Counted from the first letter of the stretch, positions 28,001 through 41,761 are shown. The stretch: DNA of 64,000 nucleotides from Camelus ferus (GCF_009834535.1 NC_045696.1:13208001-13272000), one strand, 5' to 3'. Notes: generated by a model from the letters alone, not told the origin. Numbers and translations: made by a program.

Positions 28001-29167
28001 AGAAATGTTCATTTTTAGGAAGATAGGCATAAATTATAAGATGTAGGTAGACATTATATCTGGATATTTGGTCTATTTAAATTGTGTGTTCACGATGGAT
28101 ATAATTCCTTGGGATTAAGTACTTTACAAAAAGCAATTTGAAAAAAAATAGTCAACCACAAAACAAAAACACTGACATGCACATTCTTAATAAGTCATAG
28201 TTGCTAAACTTTTATATGGTTTTCCTTATAACTGTAAAATTTTCTACCTTTATAAATTCAATTCAGTTCAAGAAATGGTTTTGTAAGCTTCTATCTAGTG
28301 AGAGCATTAGCCTAAATGCAGTGATGGGCTTTATTTTCCCCCTTCAAAAAAAAAAAGGACATGAAAGGATATGCTTCAAATTCAAAAGGCTCTCTAGGGC
28401 TAAAGATGATGATGAGATTAACTGTTTCTCATTTCTACTTTACTGACTTTGAATGCAAACCACTAAGGTGGCAACAAAAAGTCATTATACATCTTAGCTA
28501 ATTGGTGCAAAGTGACCAAGCTGATGGTCTTACACTATGGTGGCGGGGAGTAAAAGTGAATTGGCACACTTATTCAACCAGGATTTTGTCTTTGGGAATC
28601 ACCTCCAGAATATATTTGCTGGCTTTATGAGGTAGAAGCAGGAATGGATTCAAAGGTGTGGGGAAGATGAATGTAGTTGAGTGTATGATTCCCATGACAG
28701 TGCACCTGTGCACTGCAGGGACTTTTTTCTATATTTTTGTATTTTCTATGTTTCACCACCATGCTGTTTACAAATTTGCATTTGATGCTCAACAATTCCA
28801 CTTCCCCAAGACCCAGAGTGAAAGGCAAGATAATGAGAAGGAAATGACAGGAGAATAAGCTATACAGAGAAGAGCTGGTTTGTAAATGGAAGTGTCAGTC
28901 AGTAGGAATATCGAGTGGATAGTTTTGATTGCGGGGGGTGGGGAGGCTGCTTTCTTTTTATCTGATTAGAATTATTCTTATTTGTTAGAAAATATAAGGC
29001 GCTGGATCACCAGGAACTTACAGAGGAACAGACGCAGTAAGGAGGGGAAAAGTAATGAATGTTACAGTATTTTGATGATAAAAAGAAAGCAATTTAAAGA
29101 CCCAGTTGGGGTAAAGTGTAAAAGGGTACTTTCAACCTGTGTGCTTGTGAGAACTTCTGGATGCTGT

Positions 29168-29169
<2 letters not shown>

Positions 29170-29233
<64 letters not shown>

Positions 29234-29237
29234 TTTT
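29170..29237. repeat. (TA)n microsatellite followed by a T-tract
   Basis: Directly visible. Confidence 0.97.
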
Positions 29238-29619
29238 CTTTCACTGGCTTTGGTCAAGTCAGTGTCGTAAATAATGTACTTGCCTCCTCATCAACATTGT
29301 CTTGTCTATTCTACGCATCAGCATCTCTACTAGACAAAGCAGCAAACTGGGGAATGTGGGAACTCATTCTATTGCCCTGTGCTGCTTGGATTGCTCTTCT
29401 AGCCCTAAAACCACCCAGCAGGTGTGGACCCCAGCACAGCGGAATGGAGCAACAAGCCAGCGGAGATTTCTTATTTGTTGTTAGAGGGTACATCACCTTA
29501 AGGTGGTCATTTATGGCCATTTCACTTAGGAGCTAAGGTGGTAAATGTATCTCCAAAGGTGAGTGATTTGTCTTTGAAAGTTTTGATAATCAAAGCGATA
29601 TCATCTTTAATTATTTAGA

Positions 29620-29820
29620 ACACGACTTTTCAAACTTTGTGCTGCTGACATTTTGGGGTAATTCATTGTTGTGATGGGGAGGGCTGGGCTGCACAGTATA
29701 GGATGTTTAGTACCATCCCTGGACCTACTAGATTCCTCCACCCTAAGTTGTGACATTCAAAACTGTTTCCAGACAATGTCAGATGTTCCCTGGGGGTAAA
29801 ATCTCGGTTGAGAACCACTG
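29620..29820 (+). mobile_element. MER20 hAT-Charlie DNA transposon
   Basis: GACATTTTGGG..TAGGATGTTTAG.ACCATCCCTGG..GTTGTGACA..CCAGACAATGTCAGATGTTCCCTGGGGG..GGTTGAGAACCACTG. Confidence 0.85.
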
Positions 29821-30065
29821 ACTGAGTATTGAAGTAAGAAAAGATAATATCACTCTACATACTCCAATAGATTATTTTCTGAGGTAAGACATATGGGGAG
29901 AAAGCTTTGGTCATAATTTAAAAATAGCTTAATATCTGTACAAAATTTGGAAAACAATCTAGGATTTGGTAATGGTATACTTTGTGAGGTCTAGAGAACT
30001 TCAGAACATTCATTTTATATTAAATGTATATGTCTCACCCACATGTGAGAACACACATTCATTTG

Positions 30066-30180
30066 CTTTGACTATGTCTGCCTTGTGAATCTGTAAGACC
30101 TTTCCAGACTAGGTTATTTTTCCCAGCTTTTTATAATTATGTCAGGGAAAGAGTTACCTGGCATTAATCAAAACCAGACA
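30066..30180 (+). repeat. Direct repeat copy A (~115 bp; partner 31035-31146)
   Basis: Near-identical to 31035-31146 by eye alignment. Confidence 0.95.
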
Positions 30181-31034
30181 GTGGACAATGACAAAGAACT
30201 AGCATGAAGAAATGTTTCTCTTAGAAATTCCTGGAGGGAAAACAAAAAATTGATTAGGGAAAAAGTTCACTGAGTTTTGGTGAAAGATGAAAAAGATTGA
30301 AAATGAGCAGAGGATATAAAAAAGCAATTATTTTTTACATGGTTTATCTAGGGATATCAAATGTTTAAGCCAACAGAAAGATGAAACAGCTGTGTTTCAA
30401 ATTCAGTATCAAAGGTATTTAGAAAATACGAGCTACTGAATGGCATAAAAATCCTTTGAAAACTGTGTAGAGCAGAATGGTTAAATGTAGAGTTATTTCA
30501 GAAAATAAAACCCAGACTGATTCATCAGGGTGGCATAAAGATTTCATGCCTGAAGACTATATATGTAACTCATCTTTCCTTTCACAGTTATTTCTAGAGT
30601 TCTCTTGTTAACTCTCCAGTGTCTTAAAAATAAATTTTATAAAATTTTCAAAGTATTTGTCTTTATTCCTGAGGATTTCACAATCTTGATTTACTCTAGT
30701 GTTTCTTATTTGCTACTACAACTCCTAGCTAACTTTTTTTTTCTGATTTGTTTAATATTTGAGAATATTCCAGGGGTCAAGTATCTGGGTACCATGCTCG
30801 TCTTTCCTGTTGAAACATTTTAGGTTTGTTAGCTGAGCTATTGCTTTTGTGGCAATATACTTCAGGAAAAATGGTAAATAACCATTTTATGTTGCTTCAA
30901 ATACTGATGCAATTAAATCAATATAAAATTCTCTTCCTACTATCTTTTAAAAGTATGTAAATATTCATACGAGGGAGAGCTTGATGGGCTAGAACACTAG
31001 GCAAAACAAAAGGATACTTTGATGCTCCTAATGT

Positions 31035-31146
31035 CTTTGACTTGTCTGCCTTGTGAATCTGTAAGACCTTTCCAGACCAGGGTAGTCTTCCCAGCTTTAT
31101 AATTATGTCAGGGAAAGAGTTACCTGGTATTAATCAAAACCAGACA
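31035..31146 (+). repeat. Direct repeat copy B (~112 bp; partner 30066-30180)
   Basis: Near-identical to 30066-30180 by eye alignment. Confidence 0.95.
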
Positions 31147-31227
31147 TAACAGATTAAATTCCTAGAGCATCCAGGTCAATCTGAGACTGACCTAGGTCTG
31201 TTTTAAGTTCAGTAGCCCTTGGACTTA

Positions 31228-31806
<579 letters not shown>

Positions 31807-32138
31807 TCATCAAAGTGGTTGATGAGATTTTTCTCTGAGCTGAAAATTTCAAAATTTTTTTAACTAAATCATTCACATTTATTCTTCAGGATGGAGGATG
31901 GGCCCATACATTTTTATCCTCAATTTTTATCCTTACTTGCCCTCCTAAGTAAGCAAACTCCATTTGTAAGTTGTTTTCTCCCACTTTTAAAACCATTTTT
32001 GTGATTCAAAAAAAAAAAAAAAAGTAGATCATGTCTTCTGACTCTGACTCAACCATTTTTTCCTTTCTTTTACTTCTTCTTATTACGCATATTTTAAGGC
32101 ATTTAAGAACCATATGTAGGAGATGTATTTTTGCTTAC

Positions 32139-32342
32139 ATGATCTATAAGTTCTTTGACCATTCCATTCCACTCTCCTTTGTCATTCTGGGCTCCATATT
32201 TGCCATCGGGGACGAGTTTAACATCATAAATGAAACCCAGGATGTTTGACAATTCCTTCAATAGATCCAGGCAATACCCTTCAAATCTGTCATTTCCATA
32301 TAGGGGTTTATCAGATTTCCTGTACATCACATAGGGTTCTTC
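32139..32342 (-). CDS. GRIK1: GRIK1 exon ~11 (204 nt), S1 ligand-binding lobe: [28 protein letters not shown]...GMVKELIDH
   Basis: Acceptor ATATAG|GAA, donor CAT|GTAAGC, 68 codons; ORF 32103..32330. Confidence 0.97.
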
Positions 32343-33739
32343 CTATATGAAACAAACCACATATGAGACTCTTGTTATAATGAACAGCAGAATTTACTTA
32401 CACAAGCTCCATCAACAACCAGGAGATAGAAAATATTTGAAAATGATTTTTAAGATTTGAGAGTACTAAAAAAACTCATTCCCCTTCCTGCCTTTGCTAA
32501 ACTCATCCCACCTACATCCTCTACAAATACAGAACGCTTCATGTATTACTTTCTCTCCCTTCTCTCTCTTTGATTGAGAGATTTTTTTCCCCCCTCCACT
32601 GCTGAGGGAAGAGCTGGGAGTGAGGGGTGCTATAGAGACACAACCATATTTAAACGTGAGGTCTGGCAGCGACGGCAGTGCAGGATCTGATGCCTGGATG
32701 TCTGGATGTCATGCTCACACACACGCTTCTGCTGCGTGGCCACCCAACCTCCTAGCTTTTCTCTATGAGCGTCGCCTACCACAAACAGGAAACCTGAATC
32801 AGCAAGCATATCCTCTTGTCCTTCAAACTTGCTGCCTACTGAATACCCTGAACACTCTAATTTCCTCATCTTTTGGCTAAAGTTCATCTCAATTTCACTA
32901 TCATCTTATTATTTACATGTTTTTCTTGGTTTCCTTCAGCATATCTTATCCAGAGACTATCTCAATGTCTTCTTTTATCATTGGTTCCATTTTCTTATTT
33001 GAACTCACCTCAGATCTCACATCTGGTAAATTCTTTGGCCATGTGGTTACATGATACATCCTCTATCTTATGAGAAAAGGACATTTCCTTACAACTATGT
33101 ATCTATAACCTTATTAATTCTCATTTGACTAAATGAAACTTTATTTTATTTTATAAAATCATAAAAGTGACTACATTACTGATATATCTTTTATGTTTAG
33201 GCTTATCCTCAAACGAACTGAGAGAAGTAGCTAACTTTGTAGTTCTATGAGAAAGTCGCAGAGACAGCAGTCACCAGAAAAGCAAAACAGTTTTCATTTT
33301 GGGTGAACAATTCTCAGAAGTTAACTATTTCAGACATAAATTGGCCTGACTTTATGGACCAAACCAAATAAGGCAGTTGTGTCTGAAAGTGAAGGTTTTA
33401 GAGGTGCACATCCTTTATTTCTTGGGTTAAGGTCGGGCATAGAGGGAGAATGAAGAGCCTGAGAGTGTACAGTGGCTGAATGGAGGTATGACAGTGTTTC
33501 CAACAGGGACCAGGGGGTACCTTTACCAGGGGGTAAAGAGCCATTAATAAAGGGGCTATTCCATTTACAGAAGAATGAATGGGGTAAAGGGAGCCAACAG
33601 GGATGGAGGCGAGAGTGGGAGTGGGAGTGGGATGTAGACACCCAGGGACCAACATAATTAGGAATCTAAGGCTGAGGCAGGAAGGGAGGAAAGAGTGTTC
33701 CAGAATCCCAGTGCAACCAGAGTATGGAAGCAGGGTATT

Positions 33740-33965
33740 TGGCAGGATATATGCTATGGTTATGAAAGACAGAGGTTCTGACAATACCACTGGGAGGCAG
33801 GAGAAAATTTTCTTTGCTTCTCTTCCTCCACTTCCTTGGTCTCTTGCTAGAGTCTCTTCTTGGTTGAAACCAACCAGCAGCCAGAGAGCAAAGGAGACCA
33901 GCTGGGTGGGGCTGAGAGGGGGCAGAACAGAGCTGAGAATGGATTGGAGGTGGGAGGTCTTCAGA
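33740..33965. mobile_element. ERVL LTR33-like fragment
   Basis: AACCAACCAGCAGCCAGAGAGCAAAGGAGACC..GGGCAGAACAGAGCTGAGAATGGATTGGAGG resembles LTR33; may extend left to ~33360. Confidence 0.5.
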
Positions 33966-34150
33966 ACAATGTTGGAAGCTTATAATTCAATCCAATTATA
34001 GGTCTACACAAACATATGCTTCTAGTGTCCCAATTAAAAATAGACATTTGCATACAGAGTTGTTTGCATGAAAAAGATAGTTGAGGAATCCTTCAAGGTC
34101 TAGAGTAGGAGTCGGGTTAAGATGCCCTGAATCCCACACAGTCAACTTAC

Positions 34151-34264
34151 CAGAATTGTGGTGACGATGAGCGTTCGGTTGGCCAGCGAATCAGTGATAT
34201 TATTGGACCTGTCTTTGTTGCCATCTGTCATGTTAAGCCCACTGTTGGAGTTCCAAATCCCAAT
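34151..34264 (-). CDS. GRIK1: GRIK1 exon ~10 (114 nt): [38 protein letters not shown] (ATD-S1 linker)
   Basis: Translated by hand. Acceptor GTGTAG|ATT, donor CTG|GTAAGT, 38 codons. Confidence 0.96.
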
Positions 34265-34569
34265 CTACACAGAACACAGTACATCAGAGGCTGCTGGCTG
34301 TCAGTGATGGCATTTATGCTAAAGAGAGGCCCCTTCTACACCAGGAATGGGCACAAAAGCTCAGCGTCTGGGAAGAGGACACCAGGACATCACAGTGGAA
34401 GCTACTAAATGTGGGAAAACGAAACAATGGAAGAACGATGTGTAGATGAAACAGAACATCTGTACGACTTGGGGTGGAGTCGGGGGAGGTCTTTTTGTTT
34501 TTAATATATTACATTCATTGTTCTTTTTCAAAATCAAGAATTCTTAAATGAGTATCAGATTTTCTTCCA

Positions 34570-34682
34570 AGATGTATTTGGTGAGTACCTACTTGTATGC
34601 CAGGCATCCTTCTAGGCATTAAAGGACACAGCAATGGACAAAAGAGACAAAAATTTCTGCTCTTGTGGAGCTCACATTTTAT
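34570..34682 (+). mobile_element. L2 3' fragment (orientation approximate)
   Basis: GAGTACCTACTTGTATGCCAGGCA..CTGCTCTTGTGGAGCTCACATT. Confidence 0.7.
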
Positions 34683-35624
34683 CATTACAAAACTTACATT
34701 GTCAAAGTATTACCATCAGTGCCCTTAAAACTTACAAGGAATGGGGTGGAGGGAGCAGGACAGATAGTGGAGAGGCTGGGCATCTAAAAGGGAAAGATAA
34801 ATGAAAGAAAAAGTGTGGATGAGCAGTAGTCTGAGTTCTAGGTCTATCTTCATTCAGGAGCCAGGGCTGGGTAGGAGTGTCTCTTGTGGAGTCTGGTAGG
34901 TCTCTATCAGTACCTCCGTTCTAGACCTTCTTCTGTAATTATCATCAGTTTACCTGTCCTGTTTGTTCACTTGCCCATGAATGCCTTCCATGAAGGTATT
35001 CACTTTTATCGCTACTATCCCAGAACCTACTGATGCAACTGGCACTCAGTGAAGCCCCCTGCTCTTTTAAGAAATGACCCAAATTTTGCCCTGTGGTCAA
35101 GTCATTCCTGGGGCATTAGACCCTATAGAAGTATACTGATTTGTTTAGCCCCTGGGGGAAAGCCAGACAAAGAGCCTTAGGGAATTGAACTCTTTGAAGC
35201 CTGGTGAGATGGAATGCAGATGTGCCTCAGAGCCAGGCCAACCTGGTTGCTATGTGACCTTGGACAGGACGCTAACCTTTCTGAGCTTTGGTTGTCTATC
35301 TGTAAAGTAGTTTATATGTTGAGAAGATCAAATGACTAATGTATGTGAAAGTGTTGGTATGTGTGAAAAGCTGCACAAATGTTAATAATAAAGAACATCC
35401 AAATGACCTCCCCAGTAATTTCTTTAAGTTTGCCTTGTTATGAAAGAACTTGGAACCATTAGTGAAATTTTTTTTTTTATGAAAAATGTGTTTGAAAGCT
35501 GATAAAGTAAAGGAGCTATAAAAAAACAGGGGCAGTTTAGGAATACCAACACCTGGATGTACTCAGGGATGGGCAGGGTGGACCTATGCGTGATCTCCAA
35601 GTATATTCTTGCAATGGGAGGACA

Positions 35625-35792
35625 TGTGGCTAGCTGGACAGAGTGTGAGCTTTTCAGACAGACTTTTGTCCAGATCCTAATTTTGCAATTTACCAGCAGT
35701 GTGACCTTGGGCAAGTTAATTAACCCTGCTGTGCCTCAATTTCTTTACCAGCAAAATGGAGACAATAGAGCTTTTCTGATGATTAAATAAAA
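35625..35792 (+). mobile_element. MIR SINE
   Basis: TGTGACCTTGGGCAAGTTAATTAACCCTGCTGTGCCTCAATTTCTT..AAAATGG. A second MIR piece lies at ~35230-35390. Confidence 0.8.
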
Positions 35793-37025
35793 TTTCACCT
35801 GTGGGAATGTTCAGCTTCTTTCCTTTTCTATTTCTTTACTTTGATTTACTGCCTAAATACAGCGGCTGAAAATTCATTTAGCTTGACAAATACTCTTTTT
35901 GGAAATGTAAATTCTTTCAGGAAGTTTCGAGGATTATCACTCATTCACAAGTTGGTGTGAACTATTTCAATGTCACTGTCTTCTTTCCATACTTAATTAA
36001 GGCTAGTTGGTCGGTGAAATAAGGAGACAGGCCTAGGTAAATTGGGGTTTGGGGGTAGTGTTTTCATTTGGGAGTATTTTGATCCTGTCTGCAGAGAGGG
36101 TGTTGGAGTTAGGATTAAGCTGTAGGATGGCCCCTTTAATAACCATTCAGTCTCTCCAGGATCAAGTATGATGTCTGTCACTTGGAGTGCACATGGCACA
36201 GGTCTGCTGGTTGACAAATCTTTACTTTTCTTTGTCTGGTTTTAAATCCAGGAAAGGGGAACAACTTTTTCTTTTTTCGCTTCTAACCTCCAAACCTACT
36301 CTCGGTTTTTTGGGACAGAAATTCTTGCTTCCAGGAAACATAACTGAGGCTAACCACAACTGGGAGTCTACTGGTTTTAATCCAAAGATATACTTTAGTT
36401 TGTGAACAGCTGACTTCTAACTCTATGAAGACTGTGTGTAAACTGGGCCCTGGCTGTGTTTGTAATTAAACATTGATTCAGACACTGGGGAGAATGGAAC
36501 CTAATTTTTAATTAAGTATCGAAAGGTGGAGAAAATAATTGTTTTTTAGCCAATTTGTTAAGTTATGAAATGTGTTCTCTGTAACTCTTATTTCTATTAA
36601 TGTCAAGTATTTAAAGGACCTACACTAATATTTAAATATGGCAGTGTTGAATGGCCTCGCAGCACCAATTCTTTTTAAAATACAAACTTGAATTTGTAGA
36701 CAAATACACCCCACAGCTCAGCATCTAGCTTTTATTTCTTTCACCAGCCTCACTCAAAGTGTGGAAGGTCACATATCACTGCTGCTGCATTTCTAGTCAA
36801 CAGAGCCCCAAAGTCCCATTCAGTGCAAACATTCATCCATGAAATAGGAAACGGGAGAATTTTTTCCCACTATCTGTGTAACGGAAGTTCCCTCAAATTT
36901 AGACTAAAAGACTGTCAAAATATAGTGATGATCAGGCTATTCCTGAAAAGTGGATAGAGTGCATGTGAGGTTTGAATGATCTCAGCATTCTGTTTTCACA
37001 TCTTTTAATCAGCAAAGCAGTAAAA

Positions 37026-37029
<4 letters not shown>

Positions 37030-37070
<41 letters not shown>
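37030..37070. repeat. (GT)n microsatellite
   Basis: Directly visible. Confidence 0.97.
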
Positions 37071-37073
<3 letters not shown>

Positions 37074-39299
37074 TCCTTTAAACCTAAGTTGTCAACTGCC
37101 TTTATCTGTCAGTTGAAGTAAATGAACATGTTAGCAAATAAATGTCTTTTTCTGAAAAAGAAGATCTCATGATTCACGTGTGCTGGGGAAAGGGAGACAG
37201 TTAACCAGATGCCAGGACATTTAGCATTTCAGTCCTGTTTTTTGACCTTGAAGGAGGTCTCCAGGAAACAGAACCTCAATTTTCAAAGTGTATAGCAAAA
37301 ACAGTCAGCAGTAATTTACCAGTGAGATGTAGTGGAGGATGGGTCAATTATCTGTAGGGAGGAACACTCGAAAGCTAAATTGTCTGGCCCTGCCTTCTTT
37401 CACTTTGTAAACTGGGATGAGGGGGCAGTCATTTATTATCTAGGACAGCAGAGGGAAGCATTTGAAAACGAGAGTCCAAATACAATTAAGCAAACTTTTT
37501 TTTTAAAGGTAATCCAACAAAGGGATGCTTCAGAGAGTGACTAGTATCTATCTTCCAAACCTGAAGTGTGATTCACAAAAACACAAAACCCAAAATTGCT
37601 GAGTGAAATTATCAAGTATCCAGGAAAACAAAGGTGCATCTGTTTTCTGTATGATGAGCTTCATGAATATATTTAAGAGATGAGCTTTGTAAAGATGGTC
37701 GTATCCTTCTTTTGGAAAGATTTTCAGGCAGGCTATTCTATACTGAAAATGCTCCGAGTGCAGACAAGAGCTTTTGGAATTTGAATGCAGTGGGGATGAA
37801 TTCTTCTCTTTCTGGCAAAGGACCATGTGTTTGTTGTGTCTGGACACGTCTCATGTGCTAGCATCAGGTGACTGTAAGTTGTGGACGAGTAGTCACAACA
37901 CAAAACAGCACACCACAGTATATACAACTTACAACGTGAGCAATGATGGATCAGCAGGAAGGAAGAGGCACAAAAGCATGGAGGAAGGAGGAAAGCCAGG
38001 AAGTGCATCCCTGGGAAGTGGGGGTGATTATTGCAGTTTAGTGACAAATAAAGGACATTCCCCTACCTGGTGTATAATTTTAGGGCTTGGATTCCATTCC
38101 CTAGGATATTTGGTTTGAATTAATTCAACATTGCATAAAGTGCCTGGAGTCTCAAGCTGGATTAGTATAATAAGTTTCTTTCGGGGCGCTATCTGTTAGC
38201 AGAGAGGAGATGGGATTGCCTTCCCTGTGCCTTTGGTAGCTTGATTTACTGAAGATTAAAACGAGGTAATTAAACCTCTGTTTTTTTTTTTTTTTGTTTT
38301 TTTTTTTTTAACTTCGAAGCAGGACATTTTTGAGCTCATCTGTGTACTCCCAAAAGGGAGACAAGCTTTTCGACTACAGGAGAAATTGTTTACACTTTCT
38401 GTGACTTAACTGATAACTCAAAAGGTGGAAGTGACCCCAACAGCAAAACTGTTCAAATTGGACAACCTGGAGTAATTTAAGGTCCATCCATCAGTCAGCA
38501 GATATTTCAGCAAGTGGTTTAGAGAGAGAGAATGAAAGACAATGTTTGCACATCACTGTGACATTTTCCTGATCTGAACGTTTGTAATGTCTAACGTTTG
38601 CTTCTATAATAAATCTGTGCACATTCATTGACAACATGATACTGTACAATAAACTGTGAAATAGTAGGTGTTATGATTTACAAGATAATCTCATTTCCCT
38701 TGCAAAATCTCTAATGTCTTTGTCCTCTGGAAACTGTGACTCTAAAACAAATTGCGAAACAATATGCACTGACAAAGTTTTGTTTTACTGCGTAAAACAA
38801 AGATGGCTCATAAGAAAAGGGAATTTCTGAAAGTGGCTCATATTTTGTGGTGGTGATGCTGAAGGAGCTGTTCCAGTCCCTCTGAGCCTTAGCCCGTCTG
38901 ACTTGTCTGATGGATCTAATCTATTGTTTTGATGTCCCGTAGGGAAAAATACTTAGTGTTTTGAGAAAGAATATAAATGGACCAGGGTCTGCTTCTGCTA
39001 AGTTACCTGCTTTCAGTCCTAATAGGGACTGATCCTGCCTCAGAGAAACAAAAATAATCTAGGGTGGAGGAATAATTAATGCATCATCATTGAATCATCT
39101 CAAGCCTGCTTCAATTCACAGGCAATGTGGTTGAGAGACTATGTATTCAACCACCCCCCTTCTCCCTTTACATGGAATATCGCCTCTAAACTGCAATCGG
39201 AGATCTACTGGTCTGGCAAAACTAGAAGGATGCAGGCTTTTCCTTTGATATTCCCCACCCCACGCCCAGATTTCCTGCAGGTTTAGTCCATGTACAAAC

Positions 39300-39344
39300 C
39301 TTCTTCCACACTTTATATAAGTGTTTAGACACTTCGCCAGCAGC
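39300..39344 (-). CDS. GRIK1: GRIK1 alternative exon ~9 (45 nt), GluK1-1 15-aa ATD insert AAGEVSKHLYKVWKK
   Basis: Translated by hand (not in ORF track). Acceptor ACCAAG|GCT, donor AAG|GTTTGT, symmetric phase 0/0; matches the known GluK1-1 insert. Confidence 0.95.
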
Positions 39345-41653
39345 CTTGGTTATTGGAGGGAAAAATAAAAATAGCACTTAATTAAAATGGAGCATGGGAG
39401 CCAAAAGGTATCATGGTGTGTGAGTACTCACAGAGTTACAACCCCCTCCCATCGTTTGGAATCTTGCATCTTAATTCGATACAGAGCCTCAGAATAAGTA
39501 CAGTAAAGAGATGAAACAAGCACTTGGGTCCCACAGAAGTTACTTCTACTTGGTGGTACAACCTGATTTTCACTTTTCCTTTCACACACAAAAAAAAATC
39601 ACTTAAAATTCTTTTGAATTTGCACACTATGCTGCAGAATTAAAGGGTCTTCATCATTCCTTAAGAAGACCTGTTCGAGGCATTCATAACCGAATTAGTC
39701 AATCAACACACACACACACATGCACACACACACACTATTCCTAAATGAAAAGAAAGTGTACTTAATGACTTTTTCTTTGATTAAGGGCTTCCGGGCAGTA
39801 GAAACGACTGAAAGTGAGTAAATAGGCTTTTCTAACAGCTTTCCCTGTGGACCCCGCAAAAGGCTGACATGAAAAGATTGGACATTTCCACCCTTGGCGC
39901 CTGAGACCGATGGGTTGACTTCCCATTGCTTTAAGGCTCAATCAGCCTTCTCAGGAATTGAGCCCAAATCACCTGAAGAAAGAAAAGTTATTGCAAACAA
40001 TGAAGAGATCAGAAACAAATTGAGAAAACACTTTCATCTAATTCGATTTTGCCTTTGCTGGAAAAACACCAACAGAATGTGCATACTATTGCAGAGTATA
40101 AATAGTGGGGAAAGGTAACAACAGCTCCATCTATTTCATCACACGTCTCATCCCAAAAGATGTTTCCTTAACAGCCTTTCTTCCCTTTTCAATTCTTACA
40201 CTAATAGGAGTGGAGAGGGAGAGAGAAGCATGTATAGAGAGTCAGACATTAAAAAAAAAATTATAAGCTTTTAGTCCATAGCAAGTATAACTTTCCTTTC
40301 TTTTGTTCCCTGCAGCCCAAGTCCCATCTCCCATTATGGAGGCAGGTGTATGTCTTGTACTCAGAGCATGTAAACTAAGAGACAAGGAAATCAGAGTGAA
40401 GAAGGCTGAGAGAGAAGGAAGGGGAGAGAGAGAGACAGAGAGACAGCGACAGAGACAGAGAGAGGAAGAGAGGAGATGAAGAGAGAGGGCATTTTCGAAA
40501 CGGGAAACCTGCATGTATAATGCGTACTCTCAAGGCTGCAAACTAATTATTTTCCTCAAACATTTCAACACTAGTGGTTACCTTCTCTCACATTCAGCCT
40601 AATTAATCTTTGTTTGTTTTAATTAAGCTATTTGGGGGTGGAGCATAGTTAGGACCTAACAAAAATGTGTCTCAGTTAACAGAAGCAACAAAACAGAAAT
40701 GGAAACCTTAACTCATTTAAAAAAAAATCTATCCAAATATTTCAATTGAGTAAGTAACTGATTGCTCCCAAAGTCACTCTTTTACATTAAGTATACCTTC
40801 TTGTCCGCTACAGTGAAAAAGAAGTGCTGGATTGTAGAGTTTTGGTGTTCAGACAATTGTTTTGTGGGTTTCAAAATCTTTTTTCTTTAAGGTTCTAAAG
40901 GCAAAGCCTTCACACTATAAGTGTCAATTAATTCCGACACATAATAGTGAATGCTCAAATTGTTATAACAAAGTACACCAAGGAGGCAAATTATTTATTA
41001 TAATAATAATAATATAATAATAAACTAAATAGCCTACATTTGTATTGCCCTAAATAGTAACAAAGAAGGAAATGGAAACTTTGAGATGTTGAGAATTACA
41101 ACTAAAATAATCCTAAAATCAGAACTCAACATTAAAATACATTTTTTGTCATATTTCCTCCTAAAATTAAGGATGCAAAGTTAGTTTGCTTCAGTAAGCT
41201 TTTTCCATCCTACTTTATTCTGCTCCTCTGTCACCAATCTCAAAATGGAGTGCAATTAAAATTCATTTCTGAGTAACCTTTGTATGCCATTCCAAAGATA
41301 AATCATTGACAGCTTCTGATTTTCCAAGTTTAAAAACCTTTGAGAAAAGGGGCTAATGACACCCACCCATGGGGTTTTATTTATATATATATTATATATA
41401 TATAAAATATAATATAATCATGCTTGCTATATAAACCAAGCACTATGTAAACATTAGCATTGCTATTAATAACACACACTTTAAAATGTGACACATTAAC
41501 ATCGATCTGCAGTTCTGGGAAAGGGATCTAAAAGACTGGATATAAATGAACATGCCAGGAGAATCCCTTTATTATTTCCCTACCTGTTTGTGCAATTAAA
41601 ATGCATAAGCAGTGCTTTTTTTTAATTTTCACATTTATTATTGAGGAGGTTAC

Positions 41654-41761
41654 CTTTTCAGTTCCTTCCTCTTTGAGACTAATAATGTCCAGATTGAAAT
41701 CCTTCCTCAAGCCATCGGTTTTATTGAAGGTGATACGCCCAGTCAAGCCATCCCACTGAGC
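41654..41761 (-). CDS. GRIK1: GRIK1 exon ~8 (108 nt), end of [39 protein letters not shown]
   Basis: Acceptor TCCATAG|GCT, donor AAG|GTAACC, phase 0/0, 36 codons; overlaps ORF 41528..41746. Confidence 0.96.

Noticed and set aside
33330..34001. Cluster of overlapping 100-130 aa ORFs on both strands
   Set aside because: They lie in GC-richer, LTR-like sequence, show no recognisable protein motifs and have no splice link to GRIK1.
38779..38801. 10-bp hairpin TTTGTTTTAC-TGC-GTAAAACAAA
   Set aside because: AT-rich and low-complexity, with no supporting context.
41690..41700. KDFNLD where I recall KDFDLD in human, as a possible new glycosylation site
   Set aside because: N-L-D is not an N-X-S/T sequon; this is probably a benign substitution.
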